A stretch of 64,000 nucleotides of DNA from the NCBI GenBank assembly GCA_963739755.1, contig CAVUCB010000099.1, positions 11,148 through 75,147 on the forward strand, read 5' to 3'. This DNA is from an uncultured Alphaproteobacteria bacterium. Its GTDB lineage: Bacteria > Pseudomonadota > Alphaproteobacteria > Rhizobiales > Xanthobacteraceae. Position 1 is the first letter of the stretch. Each line of letters begins with the position of its first letter. Both the position numbers and the translations under genes were made by a program. Below are positions 53,425 to 64,000 of the stretch, in pieces. The notes under the pieces were generated by a model. The model was given only the letters and a program-made list of their open reading frames with translations, made no database searches and had not been told where the DNA came from.

Positions 53425-54543
53425 ATGCAACGAACCAAACCGCCATTCCGCGCCGACGAGGTCGGCAGCCTGTTGCGGCCGCCGAAGATCAAGGAGGCGC
53501 GCGCCAGGCTCGAGAAGGGCGAGATCTCCGCAGACGAGCTGCGCAAGGCCGAGGACATGGAGATCGAGAAGGTCGTGCACCGGCAGGCCTCGACCGGGCT
53601 GAAGCTCGCGACCGACGGCGAGTTCCGCCGCTCCTGGTGGCACTTCGATTTTCTCGCAAAGCTCACCGGCTGCGAGATGTTCCATCCCGACATGGGCATC
53701 CAGTTCGCGGGCGTGCAGACCCGGCATGACGCCGTGCGCGTGGTCGGCAAGGTCGACTTCCCCTCCGACCATCCGATGCTCGATCACTTCCGCTTCCTGA
53801 AGAAATGGGCCGACCAGGCCCATGTCACGGCGAAGATGACGATCCCGTCGCCGACCGTGCTGCACTTCCGCGGCGGCCGCAAGCTGATCTCGAAGGAGGT
53901 CTATCCCGATCTCGACGCCTTCTACGAGGATCTCGGCAGGACCTACCGCAAGGCGGTGAAGGCGTTCTACGACGCCGGCTGCCGCTATTTGCAGTTCGAC
54001 GACACCGTGTGGGCCTATCTCTGCTCGCAGGAGGAATTGCAGAAGGCGCGCGAGCGCGGCGACAATCCGGACGGCCTGCAGCAGATCTATGCGCGCATCA
54101 TCAATTATGCGCTGGCCGAGAAGCCGGCCGACATGGTGGTCACCACCCATGTCTGCCGCGGCAATTTCCGCTCGACCTGGATTTCCTCGGGCGGCTACGA
54201 GCCGGTCGCCGAAACCATGCTCGCCGGCACCAATTACGACGGCTATTTCCTGGAATATGATTCCGACCGCGCCGGCGGCTTCGAGCCGCTGCGCTTCCTG
54301 CCCAAGGGCAACAAGGTCGTCGTGGTCGGCGTCATCACCTCGAAATTCGGCGAGCTCGAGAAAAAGGACGACATCAAGCGGCGGCTGGAAGAGGCGTCGA
54401 AATTCGTAGCCCTCGATCAGCTCGCGCTCTCGCCGCAATGCGGTTTTGCTTCGACGGAAGAGGGCAACATCCTCTCCGAGGAGGAGCAGTGGGCGAAGCT
54501 GAGGCTCGCGGTCGAAATCGCGAACGAGGTTTGGGGGAAATAG
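53425..54543 (+). CDS. Cobalamin-independent methionine synthase II family (MetE C-terminal-like)
   Basis: VGSLLRP, TDGEFRR, HVCRGN, FLEYD, SPQCGF. Confidence 0.9.
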   Translation: MQRTKPPFRADEVGSLLRPPKIKEARARLEKGEISADELRKAEDMEIEKVVHRQASTGLKLATDGEFRRSWWHFDFLAKLTGCEMFHPDMGIQFAGVQTRHDAVRVVGKVDFPSDHPMLDHFRFLKKWADQAHVTAKMTIPSPTVLHFRGGRKLISKEVYPDLDAFYEDLGRTYRKAVKAFYDAGCRYLQFDDTVWAYLCSQEELQKARERGDNPDGLQQIYARIINYALAEKPADMVVTTHVCRGNFRSTWISSGGYEPVAETMLAGTNYDGYFLEYDSDRAGGFEPLRFLPKGNKVVVVGVITSKFGELEKKDDIKRRLEEASKFVALDQLALSPQCGFASTEEGNILSEEEQWAKLRLAVEIANEVWGK

Positions 54544-54552
54544 ATCGCGCAG

Positions 54553-54640
54553 CGTCATTGCGAGGAGCGACAGCGACGAAGCAATCCAGACTATTTCTGC
54601 GGTTACACTTCTGGATTGCTTCGCTTCGCTCGCAATGACG
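54553..54640. repeat. REP-like palindromic element
   Basis: CGTCATTGCGAG..GAAGCAATCCAGA...TCTGGATTGCTTC..CTCGCAATGACG; degenerate copy at about 44348-44409. Confidence 0.8.
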
Positions 54641-54661
54641 GGATAGGCTCTCAATCGCTCG

Positions 54662-56340
54662 TCACTTCTCCGCCAGATAGACCTCGCCCAGCAGCGACGA
54701 GTTCGACCACGGCACCTGCCTGTTCTTCGTCGTGGCCACGACTTCGGCGCGCACCCGTGTCAGCATCTGCTGCACTTCCAGCCCCGGCGTGCCGATGTGG
54801 CGCGAGAGTGCGGCCGAGAACGGGCTGTTGGCGCCTTCGCCGTCGAGCGCGACCTGTCCGGGCGCGGTCGCAAACGCGATCAGCGTGCCGGCGCCGTGCG
54901 TCACGCCGGCGCCGAGCGAGGCGGGCGCAGCAAGACCCGAGCCCGCCGCGATGGCGCGGTTCGGCGCGTTGGAGGCGATCTGCGCCTCCAGCGGGTTGTT
55001 GCGGCAGGCATCGAAGATCAGGATGTTGGTGCGTACCTGGTCGTTGAGCCCTGCGAGGATGGTGTCCATGTCGACCATGCCCTCGGTGAGGCTATGGCCT
55101 GCCTGCATCTTCACGTCGACCGGGATCAGATAGTTGCGGCCGTCGATCTGCACGCCATGGCCGGCATAATAGACCAGCGCGATCTGCGCGCCTGACGCAT
55201 CGCGCAGGAAGTCGCGGGTTAGCTTTTGCATCGTCGCGCGGTCGAGATCGATGCCCTCCGAGACGGTGAAGCCGATGTCGCGCAGGCTCTTGCCCACGGC
55301 GCGTGCGTCATTGGGCGGATTGGGCAGCGCCTTCACGCTGGCATAGGCGCCGTTGCCGATGACGAGCGCCACGCGCCGCGCGTTGCCGCCGGGCGTGGCG
55401 GACGGTGCGCCCAGTTTTGCATTCGGTTGATCGGATTTGGACGCGTTGCGCGGCGCCGGCGGTGGAACGGGATCAGACAGCAGTGACAGGCGCACCCGCG
55501 CCGTGTCCTGGTTGGCCTTGCTGCCGGCATCGGAGGCCACGATTTTCAGCGCGGCGGCAAAATCGGCGCGGGCATGTTCGGCATCGCCCTTGGCCTCATA
55601 GGCCAATCCCCGATCGGTGAGGACAAGGATCTGCACGCTGCCAGGCGGCGTCATGACATTGGGCGGCGGGTTTTGTGCGAGCCGGATCGCCTCGGTGCCG
55701 TCGGCGATCGCGCGATCGAATTCGCCCTTGGCGCGCCAGATCACGGAGCGGTTGGTCAGCGGCGAGGCCAGCGCCGGCGCATAGCGGATCGCGTCGTTGA
55801 TGTCGGCGAGCGCGCCGTCGAGATCGCCGAGCGCCGCCTTGGCGGCGCCGCGGTTCTGGTAGGAATAGGCTTCCTTCGGGCTGAGCTTGATCGCCTCGTC
55901 ATAGTCGGCGATCGCCCTGGCGTATTCGCCCTTGTGCCGATACGCATTGGCGCGGTTGTGCAGGATGATACCGCTCGGCGGTCCGCTCTTGAGCGCGTCG
56001 TTGAAATCGGAGATCGCGATGTCGTACTCGCCCTTGTCGAAATAGGCCGAGCCGCGCATGTTGTAGAGCGCCTGGTTGGGCTTTAGCCGCAAGGCCTCCG
56101 TGACGTCGGCGATGACGTGGAGTCGCCCTTCTTGTTCCAGCCGACCGCGCGCCAGAAATAGACGGTGGCGAGCTGCCCGCCGTTGAACACCTTCAGCGCG
56201 ATGATCTTATTGCAGGCATCGATCTGCGCATCGGCCGGCGGATTCTCGCTGGTGCAGAGCGGCCCGAGCTGCGAACGCGACTGCGCCAGGCAGGGGCCAC
56301 CCCACAGCGCGGCGAGCAACAGCGTGAGCGTCACCATCAA
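54662..56340 (-). CDS. TPR + caspase-family (C14) protein, frameshift near 56110
   Basis: Signal peptide, TPRs, RVALVIGN, YYAGHG, FDACRNNP. Confidence 0.85.
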
Positions 56341-56468
56341 CCCACCCTAAGGTCCAGACTGGCTGTTCGTCGCCGGGCGCTCGGCCAGGGTTCAAGTCCA
56401 TTCCCCCGTTGGGCAGATGATGGTAGGACAGCGGCCCGATTGAACGCTGCCCACCGCCCTCCCAAAGC

Positions 56469-57827
56469 ATGAAAAACAACGAAATTCTGAGCCAGATTTC
56501 GCAATTCTGCCGTCAGGCCGACATGGCGGAATCGACCTTCGGCCGCCGTGTTGTGAACGACGGCAAGCTGGTGCATCGCCTTCGCGAGGGCAAGCGCATC
56601 ACCATCGATACGCTCGACCGTATCCAGGCCTACATCGCGGCGTCCACGCCTGGCGGCCTGCCGGCGCCGCGGGGCCTGCAGGTGCCGCCTGAGAAGCGCG
56701 ATCCCAGGGGCAATTTCCGCTTCTTCGAGAACCGGCAGAAGTACCTGTTGTTCGTGCACACCTGCAGCGAGAAGCGCGTCGTCGCGGAGCGGATCGGGCT
56801 CGAGCTTTCCAGCATCCATCCGCGGCCGCCGGCGCTGCGCGTGTTCGATGCCGGCGTCGGCGACGGCACGGTGCTGGCGCGGGTGATGCGGCTGATGCAC
56901 GGCCGCTTTCCGCATATGCCCTTCTACATCGCGGGCAAGGAGCTGAGCCTCGAGGACGTCCGGCTGACCCTCGAAAAGGTTCCGGACCGGCTGTTCGAGC
57001 ATCCGGCTACCGTCTTCGTGCTGACCAACATGTACTATGCCGAGGCGCCCTGGCTGGCGCCGAAATCACCGGCTGCCGCGGCCGGCATGATCTGGCACGA
57101 AGTGCCCCTGCGCGGGGCTTCTTCCGGCGAATTCGAGGCCCAGATCGCGGATTTGCGGCCGCTCCTGGAGCAGAACTGGCGCGCCAGCGTCTCGCCGCGT
57201 ACAGGGATGCCGATCTACGAGCGGCCGGTGGCGCTGGTGCTCTATCGGGAAGACCACCGATTCCTGCTCGATTCGATCATTCCCCGGGCCGGCCGGACCG
57301 AGGCCAATTTTGACCTGGTGATCGCCTCCCAGCCTTACCGGGCCAAATCTTCTGTGAATTTCCGCGCCAAACGGATCATCGCCCCACTGGCGCGCGGCCT
57401 TCGGCCCGGTGGGCGGCTGATTGGGATTCACTCCCATGGACAGGACCCGGGCATGGAGATTATTCAGGCCGTCTGGCCCGGAGAAAACCCTTTCTCCGTC
57501 AGCCGTCATGAGCTATTGCGCGCGGTGAAGTATGAGTTGGGATCGGCGGGACGGGACCTCAATTTTAACGCTTATGCCGATAACCGTTCGATCTTCCGGT
57601 ATGATATGGAAGCGCTGCCCAATGAGGTCACCGGCACGATCGGAACCTCGACGGCCTTTGCAGCGTGGAATGCGGCGGTGTATGTCGCCCAGATCGAAGA
57701 CGAGCGGTTGACGGAAGAAATGGCTCAAAGCGGCCGGACTCTCGATGCCGCCAGAGAGGTTTTGCGAAGGCATAACGGGCTTTGGTTTTACGACGAATCC
57801 TACGTCATCTCGCGCCGGCGGGACTGA
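56469..57827 (+). CDS. HTH + class I SAM-methyltransferase-like fusion protein
   Basis: N-terminal [23 protein letters not shown] helical domain; VFDAGVGDG motif I; FDLVIASQ. Confidence 0.7.
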   Translation: MKNNEILSQISQFCRQADMAESTFGRRVVNDGKLVHRLREGKRITIDTLDRIQAYIAASTPGGLPAPRGLQVPPEKRDPRGNFRFFENRQKYLLFVHTCSEKRVVAERIGLELSSIHPRPPALRVFDAGVGDGTVLARVMRLMHGRFPHMPFYIAGKELSLEDVRLTLEKVPDRLFEHPATVFVLTNMYYAEAPWLAPKSPAAAAGMIWHEVPLRGASSGEFEAQIADLRPLLEQNWRASVSPRTGMPIYERPVALVLYREDHRFLLDSIIPRAGRTEANFDLVIASQPYRAKSSVNFRAKRIIAPLARGLRPGGRLIGIHSHGQDPGMEIIQAVWPGENPFSVSRHELLRAVKYELGSAGRDLNFNAYADNRSIFRYDMEALPNEVTGTIGTSTAFAAWNAAVYVAQIEDERLTEEMAQSGRTLDAAREVLRRHNGLWFYDESYVISRRRD

Positions 57828-57894
57828 CATCCCGGAAAAAATTGGAACACATTTGGAACAAACGCCGCCAAGGAGCGGGAATAAGGGGTTGTTG

Positions 57895-59091
<1,197 letters not shown>

Positions 59092-59211
59092 CCAACACCG
59101 TCATTCCGGGACGCCGCGACAGCGGCGAAACGGAATCACGAACTTCTGAATTCGGGGTTCGCTCGTTTCACTCGCGCCCCGGCATGACACGCTCAGGACA
59201 GGAAATCTCGC

Positions 59212-60642
59212 ATGACCGCCGCCGCCAAGAAACCCGCCTTCACCGATTACATCGTCAAGGACATGTCGCTCGCCGAATTCGGCCGCAAGGAAATCTCGCT
59301 GGCCGAGACCGAAATGCCCGGCCTGATGGCAACGCGCGAGGAATATGGCCCGAAGCAACCCTTGAAGGGCGCGCGCATCGCGGGCTCGCTGCACATGACG
59401 ATCCAGACCGCGGTCCTGATCGAGACGCTGGCCGCGCTCGGCGCCGACATCCGCTGGGTCTCCTGCAACATCTATTCGACACAGGACCACGCGGCGGCCG
59501 CGATCGCGGCGGCCGGCATTCCGGTGTTTGCCGTGAAAGGCGAGACGCTGAGCGAATATTGGGACTACACCGCAAAGCTGTTCGACTGGCATGGCGGCGG
59601 CACGCCCAACATGATCCTCGATGACGGCGGCGACGCCACCATGCTGGTGCATCATGGCCTGCGCGCCGAGCAGGGCGACACCGCCTTCCTCGACAAGCCG
59701 GGCTCGGAGGAGGAGGAAGTCTTCTTCGCGCTGATCAAGAAGCTGCTGACGGAGAAACCGAAGGGCTGGTTCGCCGAGATCGCGAAGAACATCAAGGGCG
59801 TCTCGGAGGAAACCACCACCGGGGTGCATCGCCTCTACGAGATGGAAAAGACGGGCAAGCTGTTGTTCCCCGCGATCAACGTCAACGACAGCGTCACCAA
59901 GTCGAAATTCGACAACCTCTATGGCTGCCGCGAGTCGCTGGTCGACGGCATCCGCCGCGGCACCGACGTGATGATGTCGGGCAAGATCGCGATGGTCGCG
60001 GGCTTCGGCGATGTCGGCAAGGGCTCGGCCGCCTCGCTGCGCCAGGCCGGCTGCCGTGTCATGGTCTCCGAGGTCGATCCGATCTGCGCGCTGCAGGCGG
60101 CGATGGAAGGCTATGAGGTCGTGACCATGGAAGATGCGGCGCCGCGCGCCGACATCTTCGTCACCGCCACCGGCAACAAGGACATCATCACCATCGAGCA
60201 CATGCGCGCGATGAAGGATCGCGCCATCGTCTGCAACATCGGTCACTTCGACAACGAAATTCAGATCGCCTCGCTGCGTAATCTGAAATGGACCAACATC
60301 AAGCCGCAGGTCGACGAGATCGAATTCCCCGACAAGCACCGCATCATCCTGTTGTCGGAAGGCCGCCTGGTGAACCTCGGCAACGCCATGGGCCATCCGT
60401 CCTTCGTGATGTCGGCGTCCTTCACCAACCAGACGCTGGCGCAGATCGAACTGTTCGCCAACAACAAGGACGGCAAATACGAGAAGAAGGTCTATGTGCT
60501 GCCGAAGTCGCTGGACGAGAAGGTGGCCCGTCTGCACCTCGCCAAGATCGGCGTGAAGCTGACGGAGCTGCGCAAGGACCAGGCCGACTATATCGGCGTC
60601 AAGCAGGAAGGCCCGTACAAGTCGGATCATTACCGGTATTGA
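59212..60642 (+). CDS. ahcY: Adenosylhomocysteinase
   Basis: [38 protein letters not shown]. Confidence 0.98.
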   Translation: MTAAAKKPAFTDYIVKDMSLAEFGRKEISLAETEMPGLMATREEYGPKQPLKGARIAGSLHMTIQTAVLIETLAALGADIRWVSCNIYSTQDHAAAAIAAAGIPVFAVKGETLSEYWDYTAKLFDWHGGGTPNMILDDGGDATMLVHHGLRAEQGDTAFLDKPGSEEEEVFFALIKKLLTEKPKGWFAEIAKNIKGVSEETTTGVHRLYEMEKTGKLLFPAINVNDSVTKSKFDNLYGCRESLVDGIRRGTDVMMSGKIAMVAGFGDVGKGSAASLRQAGCRVMVSEVDPICALQAAMEGYEVVTMEDAAPRADIFVTATGNKDIITIEHMRAMKDRAIVCNIGHFDNEIQIASLRNLKWTNIKPQVDEIEFPDKHRIILLSEGRLVNLGNAMGHPSFVMSASFTNQTLAQIELFANNKDGKYEKKVYVLPKSLDEKVARLHLAKIGVKLTELRKDQADYIGVKQEGPYKSDHYRY

Positions 60643-60667
60643 TCGTCGCGTCCCGCGATCGTCTTTG

Positions 60668-60700
60668 AAGGGCCCCGGAGCAATCCGGGGCCTTTCCTTT
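60668..60700 (+). terminator. Rho-independent terminator
   Basis: AAGGGCCCCGGA-GCAA-TCCGGGGCCTTT. Confidence 0.8.
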
Positions 60701-60773
60701 GTTGCTTTTCGGTTCCCTGCCGACTAACTGGTCAGTGGGGGAGGCGGCAGCGATGTCGCCCGAGGAGAACGCG

Positions 60774-62234
60774 ATGGCAACAGAGCATTTCGACGTGCTG
60801 ATCATCGGCGCCGGCCTGTCCGGCATCGGCGCGGGCTATCATCTGCAGACGAAATGTCCGACCAAGAGTTTCGTCATCCTCGAGGGTCGCGACGCGATCG
60901 GCGGCACCTGGGACCTGTTTCGCTATCCCGGCGTCCGCTCCGACAGCGACATGTTCACGCTCGGTTATTCGTTCAAGCCGTGGACCGAACCGAAGGCGAT
61001 CGCCGACGGCCCGCGTATCCTGAACTACGTTCGCGAGACCGCGGCCGAGAATGGCATCGACGGGAAAATCCGCTATCGTCATCGCGTGAAGCGCGCGTCA
61101 TGGTCGACGCCGGACGCGCGCTGGACGGTGGAAGCCGAGCGCATCACGGGCGAGGGCGCGACCGAGACCGTCACCTTCACCTGCAATTTCCTGTTCTCCT
61201 GCGCCGGCTACTACAAATACGAGGAAGGCTACACGCCGGAATTCCAGGGCACCGCCGACTTCGCCGGCCGCATCATCCATCCGCAGAAATGGCCCGAGGA
61301 TCTCGACTATGCCGGAAAGCGCGTGGTCGTGATCGGCTCGGGCGCAACCGCAGTCACGCTGGTGCCGGAGATGGCCAAGACCGCGGGCCATGTCACCATG
61401 CTGCAGCGCTCGCCGACCTATGTGGTGTCGCGCCCGGCACAGGACCCGCTCGCCAACAAGCTCCGCCGCAACCTGCCGGCCAAGCTCGCCTATCATCTGA
61501 TCCGCTGGCGCAACGTGCTGTGGGGGATGTATTTCTTCCAGCTGTCGCGGCGCAAACCCGCCGAAGTGAAGCGGCTGATCCTCGGCGGCGTCCGCATGGC
61601 GCTGGGCCCGGACTACGACATCGCGACGCATTTCACGCCGCGCTACAATCCCTGGGACCAGCGGCTGTGCCTGGTGCCCGACGGCGACCTGTTCAACACG
61701 ATCAAGGAACAACGCGCCTCGGTCGTCACCCAAGAGATCGATACTTTCACCAAAGACGGCATCCGCCTGAAGGACGGCAGCGAGCTTCCGGCCGACATCA
61801 TCGTCACCGCCACCGGCCTCGTGCTGCAGGTGTTGGGCGGGGTGCAGGTGAGCGTCGACGGCCGCGAGGTCGATTTCTCGAACAAGCTGACCTACAAGGG
61901 CATGATGTATGCCGATGTGCCGAATCTCGCCTCTTCCTTCGGCTACACCAACGCGTCCTGGACGCTGAAATGCGACCTCACGTGCGAATATGTCTGCCGG
62001 CTGATCAACTACATGGATCGCCACAACTACCGGCAATGCATGCCGCATAACCAGGACCCCGCGATCGAGGCGCTGCCGTCGCTCGATTTCTCCTCGGGCT
62101 ATGTGCAGCGCGCGGTCGCGAAAATGCCGAAGCAGGGCTCGAAGCGGCCGTGGCGGCTTTATCAGAACTACGCGCTCGACATCGTCACGCTGCGCTTCGG
62201 CAAGGTCGATGACGGCGTGATGCAGTATTCCTGA
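60774..62234 (+). CDS. Flavin-containing monooxygenase (EthA/BVMO-like)
   Basis: GAGLSG, GGTWDLFRYPG, FAGRIIHPQKW, GSGATA. Confidence 0.9.
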   Translation: MATEHFDVLIIGAGLSGIGAGYHLQTKCPTKSFVILEGRDAIGGTWDLFRYPGVRSDSDMFTLGYSFKPWTEPKAIADGPRILNYVRETAAENGIDGKIRYRHRVKRASWSTPDARWTVEAERITGEGATETVTFTCNFLFSCAGYYKYEEGYTPEFQGTADFAGRIIHPQKWPEDLDYAGKRVVVIGSGATAVTLVPEMAKTAGHVTMLQRSPTYVVSRPAQDPLANKLRRNLPAKLAYHLIRWRNVLWGMYFFQLSRRKPAEVKRLILGGVRMALGPDYDIATHFTPRYNPWDQRLCLVPDGDLFNTIKEQRASVVTQEIDTFTKDGIRLKDGSELPADIIVTATGLVLQVLGGVQVSVDGREVDFSNKLTYKGMMYADVPNLASSFGYTNASWTLKCDLTCEYVCRLINYMDRHNYRQCMPHNQDPAIEALPSLDFSSGYVQRAVAKMPKQGSKRPWRLYQNYALDIVTLRFGKVDDGVMQYS

Positions 62235-62289
62235 GGGTTCGCCTCGGCAATTGCATCACACCGTTCGCATTGGTTTTCCTCGACCTTGC

Positions 62290-63000
62290 CTAATGGCCGG
62301 CGCTCTGGCCGCCGTCGACGTGCAGGATCTCACCCGTCACGAAGCCGGCCCCTTCCAGATAGAGCACGGCGTCGACGACGTCGGACATCTCGCCCATATG
62401 GCCGACCGGATGCAGCGTACCGAGCTGCGCGTGGGTCGCAACGGGATGCATCGGCGACTTGATGATGCCGAGCGCGACCGCGTTCACGCGGATGCCGCGC
62501 TTGGCGTATTCGATCGCGAGCGATTTGGTCGCGGCGTTGAGGCCGCCTTTGGTCAGCGAGGCGAGCACCGAGGGCACGCTTGAGCTCGCGTGGTCGACAA
62601 GGCTGGTCGAGACCTGCACGACATGGCCGCTGCCCTGCTTCTCCATCTCCGCGATGGCGAGCTGCGTGATGCGGAAGAAGCCCGCGAGATTGACGCCGAG
62701 CACCGCCTGATAGTCGGCTTCCGAGTACTGGGTGAAGGGCTTCGCAATGAAGATGCCGGCATTGTTGACCAGCGTGTCGATGCGGCCGAATTTGGCCACA
62801 CCTTCGGAAATAACGCGCTCTGCAGTTTTCCAGTCGGCGATGTCGCCGGGCACGGTGAGGATTTCCTCATCGTTGGACGGCTTGATCGAACGCGCGGTTG
62901 CGACGACGCGATAGTTGCGATCACGATAGGCCTTGACCAGGGCGGCGCCGATGCCTTGCGACGCGCCGGTGATGACTGCGACTTTCTGCTCGATACCCAT
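62290..63000 (-). CDS. SDR-family oxidoreductase
   Basis: TGASQGIG, NNAG, IRVNAVA. Confidence 0.9.
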   Translation of the reverse strand: MGIEQKVAVITGASQGIGAALVKAYRDRNYRVVATARSIKPSNDEEILTVPGDIADWKTAERVISEGVAKFGRIDTLVNNAGIFIAKPFTQYSEADYQAVLGVNLAGFFRITQLAIAEMEKQGSGHVVQVSTSLVDHASSSVPSVLASLTKGGLNAATKSLAIEYAKRGIRVNAVALGIIKSPMHPVATHAQLGTLHPVGHMGEMSDVVDAVLYLEGAGFVTGEILHVDGGQSAGH

Positions 63001-63226
63001 GATTGGCTCCTGTGACTTCGATGGTGCCGTGGGGCACCGGTTTGCTGCTCAAGAGCTACGTCGCCTCGACCGTCGGGCGAAGACATGCTGTCCGGCAGAC
63101 ACTCTTCCGCAGGGCGATGGAATGGCGGATCTGGCCCCGCGCGGTGGACCGGCATGAGGCTCTGCTGTTGTCGCAGCGTGATTGAATGGCTAGCTTTTCC
63201 GTCCGGGCATTCCCCGCGGCGGAAGA

Positions 63227-64000
63227 ATGATGGATCGCCTCGATGCCATGAAGGTCTTTGTGGTGGCGCTCGACGAGGGCACCCTCGCCGGTGCTGGCCG
63301 CAAGCTTGGTCGCTCGCCGGCCGCGGTCAGCCGTGCGATCGCTTTCCTGGAAGCGAGGGTTGGCGCCGAGCTGCTGCACCGGACCACGCGGTCGATCAAA
63401 TTGAGCGAGGAGGGCGAGCGCTATGCGGCCGCATGCCGGCGTGTCCTCACCGAGCTTGAAGAGATCGATGTCAGCGTCGGAGGAGGCCAATCGGCGCCAC
63501 GTGGCACGCTGACGCTCACGGCTCCCGTGCTGTCGGGTGAATTGGTGTTGCGGCCCATCCTGGATGCCTTCCTGGATGCCACGCCAACGGTGTCCGCCCG
63601 CCTTTTCCTGCTGGACCGGCCGGTCAACCTGATCGAGGAAGGCATCGACGTGGCGCTCCGCATCGGTCACCTCGCGGACTCCTCCATGGTCGCGCAACGG
63701 ATCAGCGAGGTGCGCCGGGTGCTGGTCGCCGCGCCGCGTTACCTGAAGCAGAATCCGCGCATCCGGGAGCCGTCCGATCTGGTCAAGCACCAGATCATCG
63801 CGATGGCTCATATTCCCCATTCCTGGAACTTTCCGCCGCTGCCGGGCTCTGCCGTCCCGCGGACCATCCAGTTCGCGCCGCGGCTCGTGATCAACAGCAT
63901 TCGCGGGGCGGTGGCCTCGGCGGTCGGTGGCCGCGGTGTCGCGCGCTTTTTCTCCTATCAGGTTGCCGAGCATGTGCGGCAGGGTGAGCTCGAGATCGTG
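63227..64000 (+). CDS. LysR-family regulator, runs off the window
   Basis: Manual translation: MDRLDAMKVFVVALDEGTLAGAGRKLGRSPAAVSRAIAFLEARVGAELLHRTTR...LIEEGIDVALRIG. Confidence 0.9.
   Translation, partial: MMDRLDAMKVFVVALDEGTLAGAGRKLGRSPAAVSRAIAFLEARVGAELLHRTTRSIKLSEEGERYAAACRRVLTELEEIDVSVGGGQSAPRGTLTLTAPVLSGELVLRPILDAFLDATPTVSARLFLLDRPVNLIEEGIDVALRIGHLADSSMVAQRISEVRRVLVAAPRYLKQNPRIREPSDLVKHQIIAMAHIPHSWNFPPLPGSAVPRTIQFAPRLVINSIRGAVASAVGGRGVARFFSYQVAEHVRQGELEIV

Overview
GC-rich alphaproteobacterial chromosome segment. Porin type, REP-like elements and gene content point to Bradyrhizobium/Nitrobacteraceae (inference). Three zones. (1) 1-10.4 kb: PQQ dehydrogenase, AraC regulator, Cys-type sulfatase, its FGE maturase, a secreted protease and a porin; several of these genes have a shared upstream TKCCG-N5-GCATAG motif. 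(2) About 10.4-29.5 kb: mosaic accessory island with a resolvase remnant, a low-GC O-GlcNAc-transferase-like gene, a nested IS3, a second porin, an XRE/YqaJ/ERF-DUF968 recombination module and the most unusual locus. That locus is a sigma70 promoter driving a tandem triplicated ~179-bp structured unit, followed by two uncharacterised helical proteins and repeated 3' DNA modules (including TTTTGGCAGAACGAAGCCAA) interleaved with cargo genes (Asp/Asn hydroxylase, Phd-PIN toxin-antitoxin). (3) 29.7-64 kb: core-like genes: OmpA, two caspase-family proteins, two Liv-type ABC systems, acyl-CoA ligases, Crp, hemD, purU, tannase, MetE-like protein, an HTH-methyltransferase fusion, metK, ahcY, FMO, SDR and LysR. 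About 15 genes, including core-like ones, carry small indels, probably sequencing/assembly errors, so pseudogene calls are tentative. Family assignments come from motif recognition by eye; no database search was run.
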